Shown one piece after another: positions 37,780-52,600 of a stretch of DNA of 64,000 bases; within the stretch, counting starts at the first letter, position 1, and each line of letters opens with the position of its first letter. The notes beneath the pieces are model-generated. The model made no database searches, was not told where the DNA came from, and was given only the letters and a program-made list of their open reading frames with translations. Source of the stretch: Auanema rhodensis (taxonomy: Eukaryota > Animalia > Nematoda); assembly GCA_964057225.1 (NCBI GenBank), contig OZ059899.1, positions 17,670,001-17,734,000 on the forward strand, written 5' to 3'. The position numbers were made by a program, and so were the translations under genes.

Positions 37780-40234
37780 TTGAAAAAAGATGCATTAGTG
37801 TATGTTGAGTTTCCATGTACACTCAACATTGCTTCCAAAAACATTTTGACAAAAATTTTTCCAAAAAATTTCAAAATAATTTCGCAAAAAGTAAATGTTT
37901 TTAGATTCCTTTTTTCAAGGCAAAGACGATGGACAATGTTATTCAACGAAAAAATTGATTCTGCAGGGTGAAAATCGAGGATATAAGTGTGAACTTATAT
38001 CAGTTGATATCTCGGTGCATTTTTAAGCTAGCGCAAATCTGATAACACAGATCGACGCAGCTTAAAAATCCGCATCGAATGCTTTATACAACATTGAGAA
38101 ACGCTTAATACAAAAATTAGTTATGATCGTTTGAAAAAAGATGCATTAGTGTATGTTGAGTTTCCATGTACACTCAACATTGCTTCCAAAAACATTTTGA
38201 CAAAAATTTTTCCAAAAAATTCAAAATAATTTCGCAAAAAGTAAATGTTTTTAGATTCCTTTTTTCAAGGCAAAGACGATGGACAATGTTATTCAACGAA
38301 AAAATCAATTCTGCAGGGTGAAAATCGAGGATATAAGTGTGAATTTATATCAGTTGATATCTCGGTGCATTTTTAAGCTAGCGCAAATCTGATAACACAG
38401 ATCGACGCAGCTTAAAAATCCGCATCGATTGCACTATACTACATTGAAAAACGCTTAATACAAAAATTAGTTATGATCGTTTGAAAAAAGATGCATTAGT
38501 GTATGTTGAGTTTCCATGTACACTCAACATTGCTTCCAAAAACATTTTGACAAAAATTTTTCCAAAAAATTTCAAAATAATTTCGCAAAAAGTAAATGTT
38601 TTTAGATTCCTTTTTTCAAGGCAAAGACGATGGACAATGTTATTCAACGAAAAAATTGATTCTGCAGGGTGAAAATCGAGGATATAAGTGTGAACTTATA
38701 TCAGTTGATATCTCGGTGCATTTTTAAGCTAGCGCAAATCTGATAACACAGATCGACGCAGCTTAAAAATCCGCATCGAATGCTTTATACAACATTGAGA
38801 AACGCTTAATACAAAAATTAGTTATGATCGTTTGAAAAAAGATGCATTAGTGTATGTTGAGTTTCCATGTACACTCAACATTGCTTCCAAAAACATTTTG
38901 ACAAAAATTTTTCCAAAAAATTTCAAAATAATTTCGCAAAAAGTAAATGTTTTTAGATTCCTTTTTTCAAGGCAAAGACGATGGACAATGTTATTCAACG
39001 AAAAAATCAATTCTGCAGGGTGAAAATCGAGGATATAAGTGTGAATTTATATCAGTTGATATCTCGGTGCATTTTTAAGCTAGCGCAAATCTGATAACAC
39101 AGATCGACGCAGCTTAAAAATCCGCATCGATTGCACTATACTACATTGAAAAACGCTTAATACAAAAATTAGTTATGATCGTTTGAAAAAAGATGCATTA
39201 GTGTATGTTGAGTTTCCATGTACACTCAACATTGCTTCCAAAAACATTTTGACAAAAATTTTTCCAAAAAATTTCAAAATAATTTCGCAAAAAGTAAATG
39301 TTTTTAGATTCCTTTTTTCAAGGCAAAGACGATGGACAATGTTATTCAACGAAAAAATTGATTCTGCAGGGTGAAAATCGAGGATATAAGTGTGAACTTA
39401 TATCAGTTGATATCTCGGTGCATTTTTAAGCTAGCGCAAATCTGATAACACAGATCGACGCAGCTTAAAAATCCGCATCGAATGCTTTATACAACATTGA
39501 GAAACGCTTAATACAAAAATTAGTTATGATCGTTTGAAAAAAGATGCATTAGTGTATGTTGAGTTTCCATGTACACTCAACATTGCTTCCAAAAACATTT
39601 TGACAAAAATTTTTCCAAAAAATTCAAAATAATTTCGCAAAAAGTAAATGTTTTTAGATTCCTTTTTTCAAGGCAAAGACGATGGACAATGTTATTCAAC
39701 GAAAAAATCAATTCTGCAGGGTGAAAATCGAGGATATAAGTGTGAATTTATATCAGTTGATATCTCGGTGCATTTTTAAGCTAGCGCAAATCTGATAACA
39801 CAGATCGACGCAGCTTAAAAATCCGCATCGATTGCACTATACTACATTGAAAAACGCTTAATACAAAAATTAGTTATGATCGTTTGAAAAAAGATGCATT
39901 AGTGTATGTTGAGTTTCCATGTACACTCAACATTGCTTCCAAAAACATTTTGACAAAAATTTTTCCAAAAAATTTCAAAATAATTTCGCAAAAAGTAAAT
40001 GTTTTTAGATTCCTTTTTTCAAGGCAAAGACGATGGACAATGTTATTCAACGAAAAAATTGATTCTGCAGGGTGAAAATCGAGGATATAAGTGTGAACTT
40101 ATATCAGTTGATATCTCGGTGCATTTTTAAGCTAGCGCAAATCTGATAACACAGCTCGACGCAGCTTAAAAATCCGCATCGAATGCTTTATACAACATTG
40201 AGAAACGCTTAATACAAAAATTAGTTATGATCGT
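37780..40234 (+). repeat. Local dimer/tetramer higher-order repeat with a shared 1-bp deletion
   Basis: ATTGATTC and ATCAATTC/GAATTTA monomers alternate. 350-bp monomers (AAAAAATTC, one T missing) occur at ~38220 and ~39623, 1403 bp apart. Confidence 0.8.
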
Positions 40235-43200
40235 TTGAAAAAAGATGCATTAGTGTATGTTGAGTTTCCATGTACACTCAACATTGCTTCCAAAAACATT
40301 TTGACAAAAATTTTTCCAAAAAATTTCAAAATAATTTCGCAAAAAGTAAATGTTTTTAGATTCCTTTTCTCAAGGCAAAGACGATGGACAATGTTATTCA
40401 ACGAAAAAATTAATTCTGCAGGGTGAAAATCGAGGATATAAGTGTGAACTTATATCAGTTGATATCTCGGTGCATTTTTAAGCTAGCGCAAATCTGATAA
40501 CACAGATCGACGCAGCTTAAAAATCCGCATCGAATGCACTATACTACATTGAAGAACGCTTAATACAAAAATTAGTTATGATCGTTTGAAAAAAGATGCA
40601 TTAGTGTATGTTGAGTTTCCATGTACACTCAACATTGCTTCCAAAAACATTTTGACAAAAATTTTTCCAAAAAATTTCAATATAATTTCGCAAAAAGTAA
40701 ATGTTTTTAGATTCCTTTTTTCAAAGGCAAAGACGATGGACATTGTTATTCAACGAAAAAATTAATTCTGCAGGGTGAAAATCGAGGATATAAGTGTGAA
40801 CTTATATCAGTTGATATCTCGGTGCATTTTTAAGCTAGCGCAAATCTGATAACACAGATCGACGCAGCTTAAAAATCCGCATCGAATGCACTATACTACA
40901 TTGAAGAACGCTTAATACAAAAATTAGTTATGATCGTTTGAAAAAAGATGCATTAGTGTATGTTGAGTTTCCATGTACACTCAACATTGCTTCCGAAAAC
41001 ATTTTGACAAAAATTTTTCCAAAAAATTTCAATATAATTTCGCAAAAAGTAAATGTTTTTAGATTCCTTTTTTCAAAGGCAAAGACGATGGACATTGTTA
41101 TTCAACGAAAAAATTGATTCTGCAGGGTGAAAATCGAGGATATAAGTGTGAACTTATATCAGTTGATATCTCGGTGCATTTTTAAGCTAGCGCAAATCTG
41201 ATAACACAGATCGACGCAGCTTAAAAATCCGCATCGAATGCTTTATACAACATTGAAAAACGCTTAATACAAAAATTGGTTATGATCGTTTGAAAAATGA
41301 TGCATTAGTGTATGTTGAGTTTCCATGTACACTCAACATTGCTTCCAAAAACATTTTGACAAAAATTTTTCCAAAAAATTTCAAAATAATTTCGCAAAAA
41401 GTAAATGTTTTTAGATTCCTTTTTTCTAGGCAAAGACGATGGACATTGTTATTCAACGAAAAAATTGATTCTGCAGGGTGAAAATCGAGGATATAAGTGT
41501 GAACTTATATCAGTTGATATCTCGGTGCATTTTTAAGCTAGCGCAAATCTGATAACACAGATCGACGCAGCTTAAAAATCCGCATCGAATGCACTATACT
41601 ACATTGAAAAACGCTTAATACAAAAATTAGTTATGATCGTTTGAAAAAAGATGCATTAGTGTATGTTGAGTTTCCATGTACACTCAACATTGCTTCCAAA
41701 AACATTTTGACAAAAATTTTTCCAAAAAATTTCAAAATAATTTCGCAAAAAGTAAATGTTTTTAGATTCCTTTTTTCAAGGCAAAGACGATGGACAATGT
41801 TATTCAACGAAAAAATTGATTCTGCAGGGTGAAAATCGAGGATATAAGTGTGAACTTATATCAGTTGATATCTCGGTGCATTTTTAAGCTAGCGCAAATC
41901 TGATAACACAGATCCACGCAGCTTAAAAATCCGATTCGAATGCACTATACTACATTGAGAAACGCTTAATACAAAAATTAGTTATGATCGTTTGAAAAAA
42001 GATGCATTAGTGTATGTTGAGTTTCCATGTACACTCAACATTGCTTCGAAAAACATTTTGACAAAAATTTTCCTTGAAAATTTCAATATAATTTCGCAAA
42101 AAGTAAATGTTTTTAGATTCCTTTTTTCAAAGGCAAAGACAATGGACATTGTTATTCAACGAAAAAATTGATTCTGCAGGGTGAAAATCGAGGATATAAG
42201 TGTGAACTTATATCAGTTGATATCTCGGTGCATTTTTAAGCTAGCGCAAATCTGATAACACAGATCGACGCAGCTTAAAAATCCGCATCGAATGCACTAT
42301 ACTACATTGAAGAACGCTTAATACAAAAATTAGTTATGATCGTTTGAAAAAAGATGCATTAGTGTATGTTGAGTTTCCATGTACACTCAACATTGCTTCC
42401 AAAAACATTTTGACAAAAATTTTTCCAAAAAATTTCAAAATAATTTCGCAAAAAGTAAATGTTTTTAGATTCCTTTTTTCAAGGCAAAGACGATGGACAA
42501 TGTTATTCAACGAAAAAATTAATTCTGCAGGGTGAAAATCGAGGATATAAGTGTGAACTTATATCAGTTGATATCTCGGTGCATTTTTAAGCTAGCGCAA
42601 ATCTGATAACACAGATCGACGCAGCTTAAAAATCCGCATCGAATGCACTATACTACATTGAGAAACGCTTAATACAAAAATTAGTTATGATCGTTTGAAA
42701 AAAGATGCATTAGTGTATGTTGAGTTTCCATGTACACTCAACATTGCTTCGAAAAACATTTTGACAAAAATTTTCCTTGAAAATTTCAATATAATTTCGC
42801 AAAAAGTAAATGTTTTTAGATTCCTTTTTTCAAAGGCAAAGACAATGGACATTGTTATTCAACGAAAAAATTGATTCTGCAGGGTGAAAATCGAGGATAT
42901 AAGTGTGAACTTATATCAGTTGATATCTCGGTGCATTTTTAAGCTAGCGCAAATCTGATAACACAGATCGACGCAGCTTAAAAATCCGCATCGAATGCAC
43001 TATACTACATTGAAGAACGCTTAATACAAAAATTAGTTATGATCGTTTGAAAAAAGATGCATTAGTGTATGTTGAGTTTCCATGTACACTCAACATTGCT
43101 TCCAAAAACATTTTGACAAAAATTTTTCCAAAAAATTTCAAAATAATTTCGCAAAAAGTAAATGTTTTTAGATTCCTTTTTTCAAGGCAAAGACGATGGA

Positions 43201-44450
43201 CAATGTTATTCAACGAAAAAATTAATTCTGCAGGGTGAAAATCGAGGATATAAGTGTGAACTTATATCAGTTGATATCTCGGTGCATTTTTAAGCTAGCG
43301 CAAATCTGATAACACAGATCGACGCAGCTTAAAAATCCGCATCGAATGCACTATGCTACATTGAAAAACGCTTAATACAAAAATTAGTTATGATCGTTTG
43401 AAAAAAGATGCATTAGTGTATGTTGAGTTTCCATGTACACTCAACATTGCTTCCAAAAACATTTTGACAAAAATTTTTCCAAAAAATTTCAAAATAATTT
43501 CGCAAAAAGTAGATGTTTTTAGATTCCTTTTCTCAAGGCAAAGACGATGGACAATGTTATTCAACGAAAAAATTAATTCTGCAGGGTGAAAATCGAGGAT
43601 ATAAGTGTGAATTTATATCAGTTGATATCTCGGTGCATTTTTAAGCTAGCGCAAATCTGATAACACAGATCGACGCAGCTTAAAAATCCGCATCGAATGC
43701 ACTATACTACATTGAAGAACGCTTAATACAAAAATTAGTTATGATCGTTTGAAAAAAGATGCATTAGTGTATGTTGAGTTTCCATGTACACTCAACATTG
43801 CTTCCAAAAACATTTTGACAAAAATTTTTCCAAAAAATTTCAAAATAATTTCGCAAAAAGTAAATGTTTTTAGATTCCTTTTTTCAAGGCAAAGACGATG
43901 GACATTGTTATTCAACGAAAAAATTGATTCTGCAGGGTGAAAATCGAGGATATAAGTGTGAACTTATATCAGTTGATATCTCGGTGCATTTTTAAGCTAG
44001 CGCAAATCTGATAACACAGCTCGACGCAGCTTAAAAATCCGCATCGAATGCTTTATACAACATTGAGAAACGCTTAATACAAAAATTAGTTATGATCGTT
44101 TGAAAAAAGATGCATTAGTGTATGTTGAGTTTCCATGTACACTCAACATTGCTTCCAAAAACATTTTGACAAAAATTTTTCCAAAAAATTTCAAAATAAT
44201 TTCGCAAAAAGTAAATGTTTTTAGATTCCTTTTTTCAAGGCAAAGACGATGGACAATGTTATTCAACGAAAAAATTGATTCTGCAGGGTGAAAATCGAGG
44301 ATATAAGTGTGAACTTATATCAGTTGATATCTCGGTGCATTTTTAAGCTAGCGCAAATCTGATAACACAGATCGACGCAGCTTAAAAATCCGCATCGAAT
44401 GCTTTATACAACATTGAGAAACGCTTAATACAAAAATTAGTTATGATCGT

Positions 44451-47400
44451 TTGAAAAATGATGCATTAGTGTATGTTGAGTTTCCATGTACACTCAACAT
44501 TGCTTCCAAAAACATTTTGACAAAAATTTTTCCGAAAAATTTCAGAATAATTTCGCAAAAAGTAGATGTTTTTAGATTCCTTTTCTCAAGGCAAAGACGA
44601 TGGACAATGTTATTCAACGAAAAAATTAATTCTGCAGGGTGAAAATCGAGGATATAAGTGTGAATTTATATCAGTTGATATCTCGGTGCATTTTTAAGCT
44701 AGCGCAAATCTGATAACACAGATCGACGCAGCTTAAAAATCCGCATCGAATGCACTATACTACATTGAAGAACGCTTAATACAAAAATTAGTTATGATCG
44801 TTTGAAAAAAGATGCATTAGTGTATGTTGAGTTTCCATGTACACTCAACATTGCTTCGAAAAACATTTTGACAAAAATTTTTCCAAAAAATTTCAAAATA
44901 ATTTCGCAAAAAGTAGATGTTTTTAGATTCCTTTTCTCAAGGCAAAGACGATGGACAATGTTATTCAACGAAAAAATTAATTCTGCAGGGTGAAAATCGA
45001 GGATATAAGTGTGAATTTATATCAGTTGATATCTCGGTGCATTTTTAAGCTAGCGCAAATCTGATAACACAGATCGACGCAGCTTAAAAATCCGCATCGA
45101 ATGCACTATACTACATTGAAGAACGCTTAATACAAAAATTAGTTATGATCGTTTGAAAAAAGATGCATTAGTGTATGTTGAGTTTCCATGTACACTCAAC
45201 ATTGCTTCCAAAAACATTTTGACAAAAATTTTTCCAAAAAATTTCAAAATAATTTCGCAAAAAGTAAATGTTTTTAGATTCCTTTTTTCAAGGCAAAGAC
45301 GATGGACATTGTTATTCAACGAAAAAATTGATTCTGCAGGGTGAAAATCGAGGATATAAGTGTGAACTTATATCAGTTGATATCTCGGTGCATTTTTAAG
45401 CTAGCGCAAATCTGATAACACAGCTCGACGCAGCGTAAAAATCCGCATCGAATGCTTTATACAACATTGAGAAACGCTTAATACAAAAATTAGTTATGAT
45501 CGTTTGAAAAAAGATGCATTAGTGTATGTTGAGTTTCCATGTACACTCAACATTGCTTCCAAAAACATTTTGACAAAAATTTTTCCAAAAAATTTCAAAA
45601 TAATTTCGCAAAAAGTAAATGTTTTTAGATTCCTTTTTCCAAGGCAAAGACGATGGACATTGTTATTCAACGAAAAAATTGATTCTGCAGGGTGAAAATC
45701 GAGGATATAAGTGTGAACTTATATCAGTTGATATCTCGGTGCATTTTTAAGCTAGCGCAAATCTGATAACACAGATCGACGCAGCTTAAAAATCCGCATC
45801 GAATGCTTTATACAACATTGAGAAACGCTTAATACAAAAATTAGTTATGATCGTTTGAAAAATGATGCATTAGTGTATGTTGAGTTTCCATGTACACTCA
45901 ACATTGCTTCCAAAAACATTTTGACAAAAATTTTTCCGAAAAATTTCAGAATAATTTCGCAAAAAGTAGATGTTTTTAGATTCCTTTTTTCAAGGCAAAG
46001 ACGATGGACAATGTTATTCAACGAAAAAATTAATTCTGCAGGGTGAAAATCGAGGATATAAGTGTGAATTTATATCAGTTGATATCTCGGTGCATTTTTA
46101 AGCTAGCGCAAATCTGATAACACAGATCGACGCAGCTTAAAAATCCGCATCGAATGCTTTATACAACATTGAAAAACGCTTATTACAAAAATTAGTTATG
46201 ATCGTTTGAAAAAAGATGCATTAGTGTATGTTGAGTTTCCATGTACACTCAACATTGCTTCCAAAAACATTTTGACAAAAAATTTTCCAAAAAATTTCAA
46301 GATAATTTCGCAAAAAGTAGATGTTTTTAGATTCCTTTTCTCAAGGCAAAGACGATGGACAATGTTATTCAACGAAAAAATTAATTCTGCAGGGTGAAAA
46401 TCGAGGATATAAGTGTGAATTTATATCAGTTGATATCTCGGTGCATTTTTAAGCTAGCGCAAATCTGATAACACAGATCGACGCAGCTTAAAAATCCGCA
46501 TCGAATGCACTATACTACATTGAAGAACGCTTAATACAAAAATTAGTTATGATCGTTTGAAAAAAGATGCATTAGTGTATGTTGAGTTTCCATGTACACT
46601 CAACATTGCTTCCAAAAACATTTTGACAAAAATTTTTCCAAAAAATTTCAAAATAATTTCGCAAAAAGTAAATGTTTTTAGATTCCTTTTTTCAAGGCAA
46701 AGACGATGGACATTGTTATTCAACGAAAAAATTGATTCTGCAGGGTGAAAATCGAGGATATAAGTGTGAACTTATATCAGTTGATATCTCGGTGCATTTT
46801 TAAGCTAGCGCAAATCTGATAACACAGCTCGACGCAGCGTAAAAATCCGCATCGAATGCTTTATACAACATTGAGAAACGCTTAATACAAAAATTAGTTA
46901 TGATCGTTTGAAAAAAGATGCATTAGTGTATGTTGAGTTTCCATGTACACTCAACATTGCTTCCAAAAACATTTTGACAAAAATTTTTCCAAAAAATTTC
47001 AAAATAATTTCGCAAAAAGTAAATGTTTTTAGATTCCTTTTTTCAAGGCAAAGACGATGGACATTGTTATTCAACGAAAAAATTGATTCTGCAGGGTGAA
47101 AATCGAGGATATAAGTGTGAACTTATATCAGTTGATATCTCGGTGCATTTTTAAGCTAGCGCAAATCTGATAACACAGATCGACGCAGCTTAAAAATCCG
47201 CATCGAATGCTTTATACAACATTGAGAAACGCTTAATACAAAAATTAGTTATGATCGTTTGAAAAATGATGCATTAGTGTATGTTGAGTTTCCATGTACA
47301 CTCAACATTGCTTCCAAAAACATTTTGACAAAAATTTTTCCGAAAAATTTCAGAATAATTTCGCAAAAAGTAGATGTTTTTAGATTCCTTTTTTCAAGGC

Positions 47401-47609
47401 AAAGACGATGGACAATGTTATTCAACGAAAAAATTAATTCTGCAGGGTGAAAATCGAGGATATAAGTGTGAATTTATATCAGTTGATATCTCGGTGCATT
47501 TTTAAGCTAGCGCAAATCTGATAACACAGATCGACGCAGCTTAAAAATCCGCATCGAATGCTTTATACAACATTGAAAAACGCTTATTACAAAAATTAGT
47601 TATGATCGT
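44451..47609 (+). repeat. Local 4-monomer (1404-bp) higher-order repeat, a little over two copies
   Basis: TTCAGAATA in monomers 44451, 45855 and 47259; GCAGCGTAA at ~45435 and ~46839; CTTATTAC at ~46183 and ~47587. Confidence 0.8.
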
Positions 47610-50600
47610 TTGAAAAAAGATGCATTAGTGTATGTTGAGTTTCCATGTACACTCAACATTGCTTCCAAAAACATTTTGACAAAAATTTTTCCAAAAAATT
47701 TCAAAATAATTTCGCAAAAAGTAAATGTTTTTAGATTCCTTTTTTCTAGGCAAAGACGATGGACATTGTTATTCAACGAAAAAATTGATTCTGCAGGGTG
47801 AAAATCGAGGATATAAGTGTGAACTTATATCAGTTGATATCTCGGTGCATTTTTAAGCTAGCGCAAATCTGATAACACAGATCGACGCAGCTTAAAAATC
47901 CGCATCGAATGCACTATACTACATTGAAAAACGCTTAATACAAAAATTAGTTATGATCGTTTGAAAAAAGATGCATTAGTGTATGTTGAGTTTCCATGTA
48001 CACTCAACATTGCTTCCAAAAACATTTTGACAAAAATTTTTCCAAAAAATTTCAAAATAATTTCGCAAAAAGTAAATGTTTTTAGATTCCTTTTTTCTAG
48101 GCAAAGACGATGGACATTGTTATTCAACGAAAAAATTGATTCTGCAGGGTGAAAATCGAGGATATAAGTGTGAACTTATATCAGTTGATATCTCGGTGCA
48201 TTTTTAAGCTAGCGCAAATCTGATAACACAGATCGACGCAGCTTAAAAATCCGCATCGAATGCACTATACTACATTGAAAAACGCTTAATACAAAAATTA
48301 GTTATGATCGTTTGAAAAAAGATGCATTAGTGTATGTTGAGTTTCCATGTACACTCAACATTGCTTCCAAAAACATTTTGACAAAAATTTTTCCAAAAAA
48401 TTTCAAAATAATTTCGCAAAAAGTAAATGTTTTTAGATTCCTTTTTTCAAGGCAAAGACGATGGACAATGTTATTCAACGAAAAAATTGATTCTGCAGGG
48501 TGAAAATCGAGGATATAAGTGTGAACTTATATCAGTTGATATCTCGGTGCATTTTTAAGCTAGCGCAAATCTGATAACACAGATCGACGCAGCTTAAAAA
48601 TCCGCATCGAATGCACTATACTACATTGAGAAACGCTTAATACAAAAATTAGTTATGATCGTTTGAAAAAAGATGCATTAGTGTATGTTGAGTTTCCATG
48701 TACACTCAACATTGCTTCCAAAAACATTTTGACAAAAATTTTTCCAAAAAATTTCAAAATAATTTCGCAAAAAGTAGATGTTTTTAGATTCCTTTTCTCA
48801 AGGCAAAGACGATGGACAATGTTATTCAACGAAAAAATTAATTCTGCAGGGTGAAAATCGAGGATATAAGTGTGAATTTATATCAGTTGATATCTCGGTG
48901 CATTTTTAAGCTAGCGCAAATCTGATAACACAGATCGACGCAGCTTAAAAATCCGCATCGAATGCACTATACTACATTGAAGAACGCTTAATACAAAAAT
49001 TAGTTATGATCGTTTGAAAAAAGATGCATTAGTGTATGTTGAGTTTCCATGTACACTCAACATTGCTTCCAAAAACATTTTGACAAAAATTTTTCCAAAA
49101 AATTTCAAAATAATTTCGCAAAAAGTAGATGTTTTTAGATTCCTTTTTTCAAGGCAAAGACGATGGACAATGTTATTCAACGAAAAAATTAATTCTGCAG
49201 GGTGAAAATCGAGGATATAAGTGTGAATTTATATCAGTTGATATCTCGGTGCATTTTTAAGCTAGCGCAAATCTGATAACACAGATCGACGCAGCTTAAA
49301 AATCCGCATCGAATGCACTATACTACATTGAAAAACGCTTAATACAAAAATTAGTTATGATCGTTTGAAAAAAGATGCATTAGTGTATGTTGAGTTTCCA
49401 TGTACACTCAACATTGCTTCCAAAAACATTTTGACAAAAATTTTTCCAAAAAATTTCAAAATAATTTCGCAAAAAGTAAATGTTTTTAGATTCCTTTTTT
49501 CAAGGCAAAGACGATGGACAATGTTATTCAACGAAAAAATTAATTCTGCAGGGTGAAAATCGAGGATATAAGTGTGAATTTATATCAGTTGATATCTCGG
49601 TGCATTTTTAAGCTAGCGCAAATCTGATAACACAGATCGACGCAGCTTAAAAATCCGCATCGAATGCACTATACTACATTGAAAAACGCTTAATACAAAA
49701 ATTAGTTATGATCGTTTGAAAAAAGATGCATTAGTGTATGTTGAGTTTCCATGTACACTCAACATTGCTTCCAAAAACATTTTGACAAAAATTTTTCCAA
49801 AAAATTTCAAAATAATTTCGCAAAAAGTAAATGTTTTTAGATTCCTTTTTTCAAGGCAAAGACGATGGACAATGTTATTCAACGAAAAAATTAATTCTGC
49901 AGGGTGAAAATCGAGGATATAAGTGTGAATTTATATCAGTTGATATCTCGGTGCATTTTTAAGCTAGCGCAAATCTGATAACACAGATCGACGCAGCTTA
50001 AAAATCCGCATCGAATGCTTTATACAACATTGAAAAACGCTTAATACAAGAATTAGTTATGATCGTTTGAAAAAAGATGCATTAGTGTATGTTGAGTTTC
50101 CATGTACACTCAACATTGCTTCCAAAAACATTTTGACAAAAATTTTTCCAAAAAATTTCAAAATAATTTCGCAAAAAGTAAATGTTTTTAGATTCCTTTT
50201 TTCAAGGCAAAGACGATGGACATTGTTATTCAACGAAAAAATTGATTCTGCAGGGTGAAAATCGAGGATATAAGTGTGAACTTATATCAGTTGATATCTC
50301 GGTGCATTTTTAAGCTAGCGCAAATCTGATAACACAGATCGACGCAGCTTAAAAATCCGCATCGAATGCACTATACTACATTGAAAAACGCTTAATACAA
50401 AAATTAGTTATGATCGTTTGAAAAAAGATGCATTAGTGTATGTTGAGTTTCCATGTACACTCAACATTGCTTCCAAAAACATTTTGACAAAAATTTTTCC
50501 AAAAAATTTCAAAATAATTTCGCAAAAAGTAAATGTTTTTAGATTCCTTTTTTCAAGGCAAAGACGATGGACAATGTTATTCAACGAAAAAATTAATTCT

Positions 50601-52579
50601 GCAGGGTGAAAATCGAGGATATAAGTGTGAATTTATATCAGTTGATATCTCGGTGCATTTTTAAGCTAGCGCAAATCTGATAACACAGATCGACGCAGCT
50701 TAAAAATCCGCATCGAATGCTTTATACAACATTGAGAAACGCTTAATACAAAAATTAGTTATGATCGTTTGAAAAAAGATGCATTAGTGTATGTTGAGTT
50801 TCCATGTACACTCAACATTGCTTCCAAAAACATTTTGACAAAAATTTTTCCAAAAAATTTCAAAATAATTTCGCAAAAAGTAAATGTTTTTAGATTCCTT
50901 TTTTCAAGGCAAAGACGATGGACAATGTTATTCAACGAAAAAATTGATTCTGCAGGGTGAAAATCGAGGATATAAGTGTGAACTTATATCAGTTGATATC
51001 TCGGTGCATTTTTAAGCTAGCGCAAATCTGATAACACAGCTCGACGCAGCTTAAAAATCCGCATCGAATGCTTTATACAACATTGAGAAACGCTTAATAC
51101 AAAAATTAGTTATGATCGTTTGAAAAATGATGCATTAGTGTATGTTGAGTTTCCATGTACACTCAACATTGCTTCCAAAAACATTTTGACAAAAATTTTT
51201 CCAAAAAATTTCAAAATAATTTCGCAAAAAGTAAATGTTTTTAGATTCCTTTTTTCAAGGCAAAGACGATGGACAATGTTATTCAACGAAAAAATTGATT
51301 CTGCAGGGTGAAAATCGAGGATATAAGTGTGAACTTATATCAGTTGATATCTCGGTGCATTTTTAAGCTAGCGCAAATCTGATAACACAGCTCGACGCAG
51401 CTTAAAAATCCGCATCGAATGCTTTATACAACATTGAGAAACGCTTAATACAAAAATTAGTTATGATCGTTTGAAAAATGATGCATTAGTGTATGTTGAG
51501 TTTCCATGTACACTCAACATTGCTTCCAAAAACATTTTGACAGAAATTTTTCCGAAAAATTTCAAAATAATTTCGCAAAAAGTAAATGTTTTTAGATTCC
51601 TTTTTTCAAGGCAAAGACGATGGACAATGTTATTCAACGAAAAAATTGATTCTGCAGGGTGAAAATCGAGGATATAAGTGTGAACTTATATCAGTTGATA
51701 TCTCGGTGCATTTTTAAGCTAGCGCAAATCTGATAACACAGCTCGACGCAGCTTAAAAATCCGCATCGAATGCTTTATACAACATTGAGAAACGCTTAAT
51801 ACAAAAATTAGTTATGATCGTTTGAAAAATGATGCATTAGTGTATGTTGAGTTTCCATGTACACTCAACATTGCTTCCAAAAACATTTTGACAAAAATTT
51901 TTCCAAAAAATTTCAAAATAATTTCGCAAAAAGTAAATGTTTTTAGATTCCTTTTTTCAAGGCAAAGACGATGGACAATGTTATTCAACGAAAAAATTGA
52001 TTCTGCAGGGTGAAAATCGAGGATATAAGTGTGAACTTATATCAGTTGATATCTCGGTGCATTTTTAAGCTAGCGCAAATCTGATAACACAGCTCGACGC
52101 AGCTTAAAAATCCGCATCGAATGCTTTATACAACATTGAGAAACGCTTAATACAAAAATTAGTTATGATCGTTTGAAAAATGATGCATTAGTGTATGTTG
52201 AGTTTCCATGTACACTCAACATTGCTTCCAAAAACATTTTGACAAAAATTTTTCCAAAAAATTTCAAAATAATTTCGCAAAAAGTAAATGTTTTTAGATT
52301 CCTTTTTTCAAGGCAAAGACGATGGACAATGTTATTCAACGAAAAAATTGATTCTGCAGGGTGAAAATCGAGGATATAAGTGTGAACTTATATCAGTTGA
52401 TATCTCGGTGCATTTTTAAGCTAGCGCAAATCTGATAACACAGCTCGACGCAGCTTAAAAATCCGCATCGAATGCTTTATACAACATTGAGAAACGCTTA
52501 ATACAAAAATTAGTTATGATCGTTTGAAAAAAGATGCATTAGTGTATGTTGAGTTTCCATGTACACTCAACATTGCTTC

Positions 52580-52600
52580 CAAAAACATTTCAAGGCAAAG
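52580..52600 (+). other. Junction of a 69-bp internal deletion (282-bp monomer)
   Basis: AAAAACATTT joins directly to CAAGGCAAAG at 52590/52591. ORF starts 52173 and 52806 differ by 633 = 702-69. Confidence 0.93.

Noticed and set aside
38215-38225. 1-bp homopolymer indels as sequencing errors
   Set aside because: They recur at higher-order-repeat spacing with linked SNPs (1403, 703 and 3509 bp), so they are probably real variants, but unremarkable on their own.
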